From an uncultured Acidobacteriota bacterium (GTDB lineage Bacteria; Acidobacteriota; UBA6911; RPQK01), in assembly GCA_963744645.1 (NCBI GenBank), contig CAVUUN010000025.1, forward strand, positions 11,264 through 75,263: a stretch of 64,000 nt of DNA. The letters are read 5' to 3'. The position numbers were made by a program, and so were the translations under genes. The notes under the pieces were generated by a model, which made no database searches, was not told the origin of the DNA, and worked only from the letters and a program-made list of their open reading frames with translations. Below, one piece after another: positions 28,009 through 37,345 of this stretch. The number at the start of each line of letters is the position of its first letter. Position 1 is the first letter of the stretch.

Positions 28009-28560
28009 TCACAACTTCTTGTAGCGGTTCTGACCGATGATTTGAGGGTAGTCGAGACCGATCATCCGGAAGCTGACATAGTCCCGGTTCCCGCCATGAC
28101 GGGGACTTCCGTAGAATCCCTGCATGCAGTGATCGCGAATCAGATCGAAAAAGCGCGAGGAGGATTCTCTCCGCCAGGTCGCACCCTTTGCCTTTCCCGA
28201 TTCCAGGGACTTGAGAACGGCCGTCTGATCGTCCCATTTGAGCTGGGCAAAGGCTTTGCCGAACATTGCCCGGCTAGTCTCCTGAACGCCCGCGAGGCCG
28301 CTTCTGTAATCGGGGAGAAAGCGCTTGTAAGGCCCGGCCAACTGCTTGTCGACAAAATTCACGACACCGGCCCAGCGGGCGCCCGGGTCCTCATCGGTCG
28401 GGATGATCTGCTCGCTGATCAGGTCAACAAGCTCCGCCTCCGCCTCGGAGAGGCTGCGCCACCGGGAGGCAGGGGCGTTGGAGCATGAAGCCATTACACC
28501 GACGGCGCCCGCCGCCGCCACACCTTTGATGAATCCTCGCCTGTGAATTCTCTTTTTCAC
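28009..28560 (-). CDS. Gluconate 2-dehydrogenase subunit 3-family protein, the small Tat-signal subunit
   Basis: The N-terminus has a Tat signal (RRGFIKGVAAAGAVGV). The roughly 183-aa size is typical of the gamma subunit of GMC membrane dehydrogenases. Confidence 0.65.
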   Translation of the reverse strand: MKKRIHRRGFIKGVAAAGAVGVMASCSNAPASRWRSLSEAEAELVDLISEQIIPTDEDPGARWAGVVNFVDKQLAGPYKRFLPDYRSGLAGVQETSRAMFGKAFAQLKWDDQTAVLKSLESGKAKGATWRRESSSRFFDLIRDHCMQGFYGSPRHGGNRDYVSFRMIGLDYPQIIGQNRYKKL

Positions 28561-28589
28561 TCGTCGCGAAGATTAATGATGCGGCCATC

Positions 28590-28722
28590 CCGGTGTCAAT
28601 GGGTTTCGGGTGCGTTTCGGGGACATAATACTTAATTCCCCTCCCGCTACCACACGCATGGCATAGCAAAGGAATTAAGTTTTGTGTCCCCGAAACACAC
28701 CCGAAACTCGCCCTCTGGCTTC
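28590..28722. repeat. MITE-like hairpin element, copy 4, in opposite orientation
   Basis: The ends are GCGTTTCGGGGACATAATACTTAATTCC and GGAATTAAGTTTTGTGTCCCCGAAAC. Confidence 0.85.
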
Positions 28723-28738
28723 AGTCCAGTTAGTTCTG

Positions 28739-30304
28739 TCAATTCAGTGTATGAGCAGACTTCTGTGAACCGCCCCCCACCTCTGCCAGCACAGCCTGGA
28801 GTATTGTCCGGGTACTGGTCTGTTGCTCGTCCGGGCCTCCGGGCTCGGTCAGGCGGATCATGCGGTCGAGCATCTCAGCCGAGGATTTGCGAAAATCGCG
28901 AAGCCCGTTCTGCGCCTTCTCGGTGAGCATGGCCTTCTCCTCGACGGTCACATCCATCCGGGGAATCGCCTGGAGGCCATCTTCCATCTTCTTCAAGCTC
29001 TTCGTCAGGCACTCGGCCGCGGACAGGAAGTACCCGGGTGCTGCGCTTCCTCCCTTCGCGTTATCGATTAGTCCGAGGTAGTAGGGCGCCTCGCAGTACG
29101 TGCTCCCCTCCGACAGGACCTTGGTGAAATCGACTTCCGCCTCGACGGTCCTGCCCGCCTTGTAGTACATCAAACCGGACAGGAAGTTGATGCCCCCCGA
29201 CTTAGGCAGGTAGCTTTTGGCCGTTTCGATTCGCCGCCTCGCCTCCGTCGGATTATCCAGGAGATGGTAGTTGTAGGCGGTGTAGTAGTAGCCTTCCCCC
29301 CTGAAGTAGTCGGCCTGGGCCTCGGTGAGGGCCGACCAGTCCGCGTCCTTGCCGTTGAGAAGCGAATCCATCGTGAGGTTTGATTCGGTGAATTTACCCA
29401 GATAGTGGAGAGACGCAGCTTTTCCGAATGCCGCCTTGACGTTCCTGCCATCGATCGCCCGCGCTCGTTCGTAGAACTCCATCGCCTTCGCGTAGTCCTG
29501 CAGGCCGAAAAACTGCACGTCACCCAAGCCGTTGATCGCCGAGATGTGATCGGGCAGGAGCTCAACCGTGCGGGTCAGATATTCACGCGCTTTACCGATG
29601 ATTTGATTCGAGAATGAAACCTCGCCGAGGAAAAAGGTCAATTCAGCGAATTCCGGGTGGGCGGACCGGGCCTTCTCCGCGTCCTCCACCGTTCCCCGGT
29701 AAAGGAAAAGAGTGGATTCTTTGTAGAGCTCGGAAAGGGTTGCGTCCGCCTCCTTCAAATTCGGCGAGTCGGAGGCCTTCAAATACTGCACGTAAAGATA
29801 CGCATCGAGCGGGTCGTGGCGATAATCGAGCAGGGACTCGATGTCGGCTTCCGAGGGGAGCGCTCCAGCCGAAGCCAAGCCGCTCTTTCGATACCGAGAG
29901 GTGAGGGAGAGCAGGAACTGATCGCGTGCATTGCCCGGTCGCACCCAGGCGGCCATCTCCGATTCGATCCCCTCGTCCCTGATCCCCTCGTCATGCTCGC
30001 GGGTGGCGACGAGGGCGGCAGTCAAAATGAGCTTCGAGCTCAGCCCATCATCCTTGAAGAGCGTCCGGGCTGATTTGTAGGAGGCAAGTGCCTTCCGCCA
30101 GCCCCAAAGGTGGGACTTCGCGAAGTAAGCATCACCCTCTGAAACCAAGGCGTGGTACTCTGCGGGCGGGGCCGGCGCCGCCTGCTTCCTGGACGCGCAG
30201 CCCTGAAAAAGGAGCAGACCAAAAGCCGCGAAAACATACAGCGGGAATCTCCAGCGAATTTCTCCAGAACCTTCCGACATTTCTTCCTCCTGGCTTGCAG
30301 TCAT
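28739..30304 (-). CDS. TPR-repeat lipoprotein/secreted protein
   Basis: A signal peptide with the lipobox-like LFQGC is followed by multiple TPR-like repeats. Confidence 0.55.
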   Translation of the reverse strand: MTASQEEEMSEGSGEIRWRFPLYVFAAFGLLLFQGCASRKQAAPAPPAEYHALVSEGDAYFAKSHLWGWRKALASYKSARTLFKDDGLSSKLILTAALVATREHDEGIRDEGIESEMAAWVRPGNARDQFLLSLTSRYRKSGLASAGALPSEADIESLLDYRHDPLDAYLYVQYLKASDSPNLKEADATLSELYKESTLFLYRGTVEDAEKARSAHPEFAELTFFLGEVSFSNQIIGKAREYLTRTVELLPDHISAINGLGDVQFFGLQDYAKAMEFYERARAIDGRNVKAAFGKAASLHYLGKFTESNLTMDSLLNGKDADWSALTEAQADYFRGEGYYYTAYNYHLLDNPTEARRRIETAKSYLPKSGGINFLSGLMYYKAGRTVEAEVDFTKVLSEGSTYCEAPYYLGLIDNAKGGSAAPGYFLSAAECLTKSLKKMEDGLQAIPRMDVTVEEKAMLTEKAQNGLRDFRKSSAEMLDRMIRLTEPGGPDEQQTSTRTILQAVLAEVGGGSQKSAHTLN

Positions 30305-30582
30305 ACTGTATCCTTGCCCGCGGATTTGTTCCCTCCCTTTGATCCTTTTTGTTAGTTCGAGAGTCAGAATTGTGGAAGAGCAGTCTCCCCTGCGACCGAT
30401 TTTGCAGAAGGAGGTCCCTCATGATCCGAATGGTCCGCTTTGCCCTGACAGCTGCATGGTTGGTTCTGTTCCTGACTTAGCGACTACTCTCCCGCGCCCC
30501 GCTTTTCCAACAGGTGCTATAATCTCCCCGGTTTTCGTTTTCGCTTGGCTCGAAACTCCTAATCACAACAAGGAGCCACAGA

Positions 30583-31170
30583 ATGGGTGAATTGTTGTCT
30601 CAGTTCAGTGCTTTCGGGGTCTTCCTCGGGATTGCCTCCATCGGCTTCTTGTTTCTTCTCATTTCACTGGTCTTCGGCGAAATCTTCGATCACTTCGATT
30701 TCTCCCATGATTTTGAGCACGACCTCGGGCACGGTGGCCCCGGATTCTTCAGCACCCGGGTCATGAGCGTCTTCATCACGGCCTTCGGTGGTTTCGGCGC
30801 GATCGGAGTCCGCAACGGGTACTCGATCCTCGTCAGCTCTGCAATCGGCTTTGGCGGCGGGGTGATTTTCGCCTCCCTCATCTATTTCTTCGCCCGATTC
30901 CTCTATTCGCAACAGGCGTCGAGCACCGTGCGGATATCTGACCTCGTCGGTCGTTCGGCCGAAGTGATAGTCGCCATCCCTCCCAACAACCTTGGGCAGA
31001 TCCGCTGCCTGATCGGCGAATCGATGGTGGAGAAGATGGCGCGGTCACGGGACGGCTCTCCGATCCCGTTCAACGCAATCGTGACCGTCGAGGAAGTCCT
31101 TGGAGAATCGGTGATCGTGAGCCTGGTTGCGAGGCCCAAGGAAACGGAGAAAACGAATTCTCCCTCGTAA
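30583..31170 (+). CDS. NfeD-family membrane protein, a partner of SPFH/flotillin proteins
   Basis: The protein has N-terminal transmembrane segments and a C-terminal OB-fold-like domain. It lies immediately upstream of the flotillin gene. Confidence 0.6.
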   Translation: MGELLSQFSAFGVFLGIASIGFLFLLISLVFGEIFDHFDFSHDFEHDLGHGGPGFFSTRVMSVFITAFGGFGAIGVRNGYSILVSSAIGFGGGVIFASLIYFFARFLYSQQASSTVRISDLVGRSAEVIVAIPPNNLGQIRCLIGESMVEKMARSRDGSPIPFNAIVTVEEVLGESVIVSLVARPKETEKTNSPS

Positions 31171-31217
31171 GGTGTTGAATCCCGTCTGCGCTCGCAGACG
31201 AGGGTCTGGAGGATAAC

Positions 31218-32783
31218 ATGAGTGTCCTTTTAGAGCTTCTCACCCCGATTATCGTCCTTTTCGTTCTACTCTCGGTCCTGATCGGGATCCTGCTCTTCAG
31301 CCGAAACTACATCAAAGTTGCGCCCAACTTTGCCGCCGTCTTCAGCGGCCGGAAGCGGAAGCTGCCGGACGGTCGGGTCGTCGGCTACCGGCTGATCCGC
31401 GGAGGCGCCGCGCTGCGAATCCCGCTCCTCGAGAAGGTCGATTACCTGTCTCTGAATGTCATGACGATTCCTCTCGAGATCAAGCGCGCCTACACGCTGA
31501 AGGGAGTCCCGGTGTCGGTCAAGGCTGTGGCCAACGTCAAGATCAAGAGCGATGACGTTTCTCTCCAGGCAGCCGCCGAGCGCTTTCTCGGCATGACTCA
31601 GGACGAGGTGCAGAGAGTCATCTTCCAAACTCTCGAAGGTCACTTGCGCGCGATCCTCGGCACCCTTACCGTGGAAGAGATCAACAATGACCGGCAGAGC
31701 TTCGCTCAAAAGCTGACCTCAGAGGCGGCCACCGATCTCGAGCGGATGGGCATTGGCGTCGACGTCCTGACGATCCAGGAAATCAGCGATGAAGAAGGTT
31801 ACCTGGATGCCCTGGGAAAGAAGCGGACTGCCGAAGTCAAAAGAGACGCCCAGATCGGCGAGGCGGAGGCTACCCGGGACGCGAAGATCCAGTCATCCGT
31901 CGCCATGCAGGAGGGGGAGAAGGTCAAGCTGGGCACGGAGGCGAACATCGCCCTGGCGCAGCGCGACCTCGAAATCAAGCGCGCCCAGTACATGGCCGAG
32001 GTAGAGACACAACGCGCGACTGCAGCTCAAGCCGGCCCGCTCTCGTCGGCCAAGGCCCGCCAGTCAGTCGTGGCAGAGGAAATCCGCGTCGACAAATTCA
32101 GGACCCAGGAGCAGATCTTCGTCCAGGAAGAGGAAATCAAGCGCCGGGAAAAGGAACTGAACGCCACCGTCATCAAACCCGCCGACGCGGAGAGGATGGC
32201 AACAGTCCTGAGGGCCGAAGCCTCCAAGCAGGCGGCAGTGCTCGAAGCCGAAGGTCGAAAGTCGGCCACTATCGCGATTGCCGAAGCCGAACAGGAAAAA
32301 CTCCGGAAGGAAGGTCAGGGTCGAGCGTCGGCCATTGAAGCGGAAGGACTGGCGGAAGCCGCCAAGATCGAGGCCATCGGACTCGCCCAGGCGAAGGCCA
32401 TCGAGGCCCAGGGACTGGCCGAGGCGGCCGCCATCCTCAAGAAGGCTGCGTCCTGGAAGGAATTCAACGAGGCCGCTAAGCTCCAGACGATCCTCGAGCG
32501 GCTCCCGGCGATCATCACCGCCTCCGCGCCGGTCTTCGGCGCTGTCGCTTCCCCAATGGGCAACATCGACAAGGTTGTTGTCATCGAACAGGGTAACGGC
32601 GGCACCAACGGCGGCGGGCTGAACAAGTTCGCCTCGGCAGCACCGTCCGTCATCTTCAACCTGCTCCAGCAACTGGAAGCGCTGGGGATCAACGTCCCGA
32701 ACCTGATGAGCCAGTTTGCAGGCCAGGAAGGAGTCCGGTTCGTCAAGCCCGAGGTTGTCACGCCACCGCCTGCGCCAAAGTGA
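31218..32783 (+). CDS. Flotillin/SPFH (band 7) domain protein
   Basis: An N-terminal transmembrane segment and SPFH domain are followed by an Ala/Glu-rich coiled-coil region (AEAE repeats), as in flotillin/YqiK. Confidence 0.75.
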   Translation: MSVLLELLTPIIVLFVLLSVLIGILLFSRNYIKVAPNFAAVFSGRKRKLPDGRVVGYRLIRGGAALRIPLLEKVDYLSLNVMTIPLEIKRAYTLKGVPVSVKAVANVKIKSDDVSLQAAAERFLGMTQDEVQRVIFQTLEGHLRAILGTLTVEEINNDRQSFAQKLTSEAATDLERMGIGVDVLTIQEISDEEGYLDALGKKRTAEVKRDAQIGEAEATRDAKIQSSVAMQEGEKVKLGTEANIALAQRDLEIKRAQYMAEVETQRATAAQAGPLSSAKARQSVVAEEIRVDKFRTQEQIFVQEEEIKRREKELNATVIKPADAERMATVLRAEASKQAAVLEAEGRKSATIAIAEAEQEKLRKEGQGRASAIEAEGLAEAAKIEAIGLAQAKAIEAQGLAEAAAILKKAASWKEFNEAAKLQTILERLPAIITASAPVFGAVASPMGNIDKVVVIEQGNGGTNGGGLNKFASAAPSVIFNLLQQLEALGINVPNLMSQFAGQEGVRFVKPEVVTPPPAPK

Positions 32784-32930
32784 TTGCGGATTGCGGACCA
32801 TTAGGATTGCAGGATTGGGGATTGGGACCGGGATTGGGATTGGGCTTGAAACTAGCCGACTAGCGTAGCTCCTAGAGCAACCTGACGAAGCCTTCCGCAA
32901 TCCGCAATCCAAAATCCGCAATCCGCAATC
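32781..32930. repeat. Tandem-repeat palindromic hairpin with (GATTGCG)n and (CGCAATC)n arms, overlapping both convergent stop codons
   Basis: The repeat starts at the flotillin TGA (32781) and ends at the permease stop (32929-32931). Confidence 0.8.
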
Positions 32931-34533
32931 AGTTCATTCGCCTGATCCGCCACTTCACCAGGAACTCGAGGGCAACCGCCACCAATGCGGGCAGGATCAG
33001 CAGCCCGGCCAATAGAATCGGGTGACCAGCGAATGCCCCAATCGCCATGGGGAGCGTGTATCCGAGAATCGGCCCGATCAGGAAGATGCCGAACAGCCTG
33101 GCGCTTCTTTGCGAGCGTCCGTGCGGCTTCGAAAATGGAATGTCGGGGGAGATCAAGATCGAGAGCTGGAGCAGGACATGCGAGAGCAACCCGGCCAGGC
33201 CGACCGCAAAGAGGGCATGCCAGATCGAGTCGTAGAACCAGCCGAAGACCGCCGCGACCACCACGAGATAAGGCAACAGAAAGTAGAGCAGTACCGCGTT
33301 CTTAAGCGAGCTCAGCAGGCGTTCCTGCCTGACCGGGGTCGTGTAGAAGATCCAGGACGCCTCGTGCCACTCGCTGTAGGTCAGGCTGGGTTTCAGCATC
33401 AGGGGGAACAAGAGCACGGCAACATAGAGAACATTTCCGGATCTCATCGCTGAGTCGAGCCCGAGAAAGGGGTCGTGAATCCCTTCTCTGACCGCCATCA
33501 GAAGGTAGAACACGGACAGTGGGAGAATGCCCAGAACGCCTAGGCGAAATTTCTGATCGAACCGGAACTGATTCCACAACAGAACCGATATGGCCCGCCC
33601 TTCATGGCTCTTGAAGATCGTCGAGGACCGCCTGACCTGGCGCCGCTCGGCCGCGGTGCCGGAGCTCGCGCTCTGCGCCTCGGCCAGGGCCTGCATGTAC
33701 CCGGTCGACATCCGCCGGGCGGCCAGAACACCCAGGCCCCCACATGACCCTGCGGCCAGGCATACTCCCAGAAGAACCGGCCAGGACAGGTCCCCGGAGG
33801 CAAGCTGAATGAAGGCTGCAAACCAGCTGAGGGGAATGAGCAGCAGCCAGGGATCGCCCGCCAGCGTCAGGTCGCTCTCGAAGGTATCGAAAAACTGCGG
33901 GATGAAGACATATCCCCCGTAAAAAATCAGCGAGGTGAGCAATTGAAGATAGGAGAGGGCGCTGCGAAGCCGGGTCGGGCTCACAAGAGTGATGACCGCC
34001 GTGAACACACCGACCACGAGGAGCGCCGCAAAAAAACTTAAGCCGTATGCGCCCAACAATGCTGCCACGCCTACCAGGGGCCGGAAACCGTCGACGAATG
34101 CGAATCCAACGGCTGGAAGGAGGCTGAGCGCCGTCGTCATGAAAGCCACGTAAAGAACGATGCCGGTCAGCTTGGCGACAAAAAACGTCCGGGAGGAGAC
34201 GGGCCGGTGGGCCAGAATCCAGTAATCATCCGGCGAGACCACAATCGTGTTGTAATCGATCAGCAGCGAAGAGGTGACGATCAACATCAGGAACCCGAGC
34301 ACCAGGAGCGACGTGAGCAGGGTGTTGTCGTTTCGCAGCACCAAGGTGAGCATGATGATACTGGTCACGAACTGCACGACCAGGAGAACGACGAGGTTGC
34401 GCATCCCGCTGTCGGAATTGCGTTGCGCCGCCAGCCGGGGCCCCTTGCGGAGGTCGAGTTTGAGGGATACCGACACCATGGCCCGCCACTGCTCGTAATC
34501 GACGCCCAGAGTCCGGAGCACGGGCGCGAGCAT
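32929..34533 (-). CDS. Polytopic membrane protein, the putative ABC exporter permease component
   Basis: The protein is 534 aa with many transmembrane helices. Its start overlaps the stop of the upstream ABC ATPase gene. Confidence 0.45.
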   Translation of the reverse strand: MLAPVLRTLGVDYEQWRAMVSVSLKLDLRKGPRLAAQRNSDSGMRNLVVLLVVQFVTSIIMLTLVLRNDNTLLTSLLVLGFLMLIVTSSLLIDYNTIVVSPDDYWILAHRPVSSRTFFVAKLTGIVLYVAFMTTALSLLPAVGFAFVDGFRPLVGVAALLGAYGLSFFAALLVVGVFTAVITLVSPTRLRSALSYLQLLTSLIFYGGYVFIPQFFDTFESDLTLAGDPWLLLIPLSWFAAFIQLASGDLSWPVLLGVCLAAGSCGGLGVLAARRMSTGYMQALAEAQSASSGTAAERRQVRRSSTIFKSHEGRAISVLLWNQFRFDQKFRLGVLGILPLSVFYLLMAVREGIHDPFLGLDSAMRSGNVLYVAVLLFPLMLKPSLTYSEWHEASWIFYTTPVRQERLLSSLKNAVLLYFLLPYLVVVAAVFGWFYDSIWHALFAVGLAGLLSHVLLQLSILISPDIPFSKPHGRSQRSARLFGIFLIGPILGYTLPMAIGAFAGHPILLAGLLILPALVAVALEFLVKWRIRRMN

Positions 34534-35300
34534 CAGACTTTCTCCAGGGCCGAGAGGAATTCGCTCGTGAGCTCGGCCGCATCCCGCACCCCCGTGATGC
34601 GCCCGAATGCTTCCTCCAGTGTGCGGCTGCCTGTTTCGGCGATGATTCGATCGGTGGTGCCTTCGACCACCTTGACTCCGCCGTTGATGATGGCTATCCG
34701 GGTGCAGATCCGTTCAACCACCTCAAGAACGTGGGAAGAGAAGAAGACGGTCCGGCCCTGCTCGGAAAGTTGTTTGAGAAGGGTCTTCACGAGCATGGCG
34801 CTGTTCGCATCCAGCCCGCTCAAGGGTTCGTCCAGGAACAGAACTTCCGGCTTGTGAATGAGAGAAGCACAGAGCACGACTTTCTGCTTCATTCCCTTGG
34901 AGAACTCGTTCATGCGTTGCCCCCGGACGTCGACAAGGTTAAACAGCTCCAGGAGCTCGTCGATTCTGTGGCGGGCGGCGGAGAGGTCGAGGTGATGGAG
35001 CGCTCCTACGAATTCCAGGTACTCGTCGGGGCTGAGACTTTCGTAAAGCGCACCCGTCTCCGGCACGTAGCCGATCCGGGCCTTGACCTCCATCGGCTGT
35101 TCGGTGACGCTGTAGCCGGCCACCATCGCGGTCCCCGCGGTCGGTGCCAGCATTCCGGTGAGCATTTTCACGGTGGTCGACTTGCCCGCTCCGTTCGGCC
35201 CCAGGAATCCGAAGATTTCTCCCGGATTGACCTCCAGAGACAACCCGTCCACCGCACTCTTGTCTCCGAACATCCTCGTCAGGTTTTCGGTTCTGATCAT
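34533..35300 (-). CDS. ABC transporter ATP-binding protein
   Basis: GPNGAGKST is the Walker A motif, and the LSGG signature and a Walker B motif are present. Confidence 0.8.
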   Translation of the reverse strand: MIRTENLTRMFGDKSAVDGLSLEVNPGEIFGFLGPNGAGKSTTVKMLTGMLAPTAGTAMVAGYSVTEQPMEVKARIGYVPETGALYESLSPDEYLEFVGALHHLDLSAARHRIDELLELFNLVDVRGQRMNEFSKGMKQKVVLCASLIHKPEVLFLDEPLSGLDANSAMLVKTLLKQLSEQGRTVFFSSHVLEVVERICTRIAIINGGVKVVEGTTDRIIAETGSRTLEEAFGRITGVRDAAELTSEFLSALEKV

Positions 35301-35430
35301 AGGCGCGCCAACGTCCAGTTCATTATCGGACGGGGCATGCTGTGACGCAAACGGGAGGGTAGTTACTTTTCAGAGCCGCGCCCACACGCAACGCCGCGGC
35401 GCTCTGCGTGCGCGGCTCTGCAGAACAACG

Positions 35431-35538
35431 CTAGCGGGTGTATTTTCGGTCGATCCAGACTCCGAGGGCGAGGGTCAGTCCAAGAAGAATGATAGCGCCG
35501 GCGCCGGCCGCGAGATCACGAAAGACGGTCCAATCCAT
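35431..35538 (-). CDS. Possible small (35 aa) hydrophobic protein
   Basis: The ORF reads MDWTVFRDLAAGAGAIILLGLTLALGVWIDRKYTR and lies upstream of the ABC operon. It is below the ORF-track size cutoff, and the call is weak. Confidence 0.2.
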   Translation of the reverse strand: MDWTVFRDLAAGAGAIILLGLTLALGVWIDRKYTR

Positions 35539-35645
35539 TTGGCAGAGCCTCCAAGCTTTGCAGAACAAGACAGCGTTTTGCATCTGAGGGTTTCAACCAA
35601 ACCAAATAAAGGAGGAGCCAATTGCAAAAATCACAAAATCTGAGT

Positions 35646-35871
35646 CTTAAGGCCTGAAAGGCCGGTACATATTAGCCCAGGGCGAAGCGTTTTTCGCGTA
35701 GCCCTGGGTGGCATAGGCGCGCTGGAGTGAAGCCCTGAAAGGGCGCAAGAACCCCAGACAGCCTCTCTTACGCCCTTACAGGGCTGCGACGTCCGCTCTG
35801 CCTCGTGACCCAGGGCTACGCGAAAAACGCTTCGCCCTGGGCTAATATGTACCGGCCTTTCAGGCCTTAGG
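35646..35871. repeat. Large near-perfect palindrome with 62-bp arms and a roughly 100-bp structured centre, in a divergent intergenic region
   Basis: The reverse complement of the arm at 35810-35871 equals the arm at 35646-35707 with 1 mismatch. The centre contains further sub-palindromes. Confidence 0.85.
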
Positions 35872-36065
35872 ACCCCGATTTTTGCAATTGCCTCGGAGAA
35901 GACCGAGACAGAGCGAACCCGACACCCCGAACCCAGAACTCAGAACGCAGAACCCCGGACATCTTTTTTTCCATGCCCTGAAGCTCCGGCTATTGCGGGA
36001 AAACACTGATTTCTTGTAACGTTATTTTCTGGTGACCCCAATTCCCTACCAAGGAGAGTCATTGA

Positions 36066-37085
36066 ATGAGGCTGCATAACTTCCGTTTTCTCGCGCTGGC
36101 TCTGTTCCTGCTTCTTCCTCCTACGGCTATGGCACTCGCTCAGGATCCAATGGTCCCACCCGAGGGCGTGACTCCGGATTCCGACTGGCTGTATGGAAAA
36201 CACCTGGAGCAGGTAAACGCCATCATGCAGGAGAAGGACCTGGCTGTCCGTGTCCAGAAGCTGGAGAACTTCACCAAAAAGCTTGACCCCAAGACCAAGA
36301 TCCTCCCCTACATGGAGGGCTTCTTCACCCAGACGGCGGACGAATACAAGCAAGCCGGCAAGACTGCCGAATCCGATGCGATTTTGGCCAAGGTCGCTCA
36401 GCTCTTTCCAAACAGTCCCACTCTGAAGCAACAGGCGTTTTTGGCAGCGGTCCAGAAACAGGACTGGCCGAAGGTGCTCGAGCTCGGCGAGCCGATTTAC
36501 GCGCAGACTCCGACGCCGGAGCTCACCGTAACGCTCGCGCAAGCCGCCATCCAAGCCCAGAACGCACCGAAGGCGCTCGAGTACAGCCAGAAGGCTGCCG
36601 AAGCGCTCGGTCCCGAAAAGGGGCTTTACTTCGTCGGCTGGTTGGGCGATTACTACGCCAGCCAGAAGGACACGGCCAAGGCGCTCGAGTACTACGAAAA
36701 GGTTCTCGCAGCAGCCCCTGGCGACGCCCCTCCGGCCGGATGGCAGCCCCAGCAGTGGAATGCGCGCAAAGGCGGAATTCTGCTTTTCAAGGGCGATCTG
36801 GCGTATGCGGCGAAGGACTGTCCGGGCTCGATCCAGCAGTACACGGAAGCCATCAAGTATGTTCCTCAGGCTGACGCAGCCTACTTCAAAATGGGCATGT
36901 GCCATTGGAGGGCGCAGGAGCTGGACAAGGCCGAGGCCAACTTCGCCAAGGTAGTCGTCATGAACAAGCCAGCGTCCGCCAAGGCGCGCGAGTACCTGGA
37001 GCAGATCTGGAAACCACGGCACAACAATAGTCTCGAGGGTTTGGACGGTTTGCTGGCGAAGGCCAAAGAAGAAGTCAAAATGTAG
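36066..37085 (+). CDS. Secreted TPR-repeat protein
   Basis: A signal peptide is followed by TPR repeats. Confidence 0.55.
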   Translation: MRLHNFRFLALALFLLLPPTAMALAQDPMVPPEGVTPDSDWLYGKHLEQVNAIMQEKDLAVRVQKLENFTKKLDPKTKILPYMEGFFTQTADEYKQAGKTAESDAILAKVAQLFPNSPTLKQQAFLAAVQKQDWPKVLELGEPIYAQTPTPELTVTLAQAAIQAQNAPKALEYSQKAAEALGPEKGLYFVGWLGDYYASQKDTAKALEYYEKVLAAAPGDAPPAGWQPQQWNARKGGILLFKGDLAYAAKDCPGSIQQYTEAIKYVPQADAAYFKMGMCHWRAQELDKAEANFAKVVVMNKPASAKAREYLEQIWKPRHNNSLEGLDGLLAKAKEEVKM

Positions 37086-37345
37086 CTTTTCTCAGATTTT
37101 CCGCCAGTTTCTCACTCGGGAGGCAAAGAACCGGACGGTACTGAAAGACCTCGGGTTCTTGGCCTCCTTTCGTCTCCTCACCCGGATTTAGCCCCCCGCA
37201 AAAGTAACAGTTTTCGGCATGGTTTAGTGTTGACAACGAGGTCAACTTTGGAAGAGGATGGGTCCCATCCCAGGCTGGAATAGGTTCGCACTTGCTCAGC
37301 CTACCTATCTTAAAATCAACCCACTACATTTCGGGGAGGCAAAGT

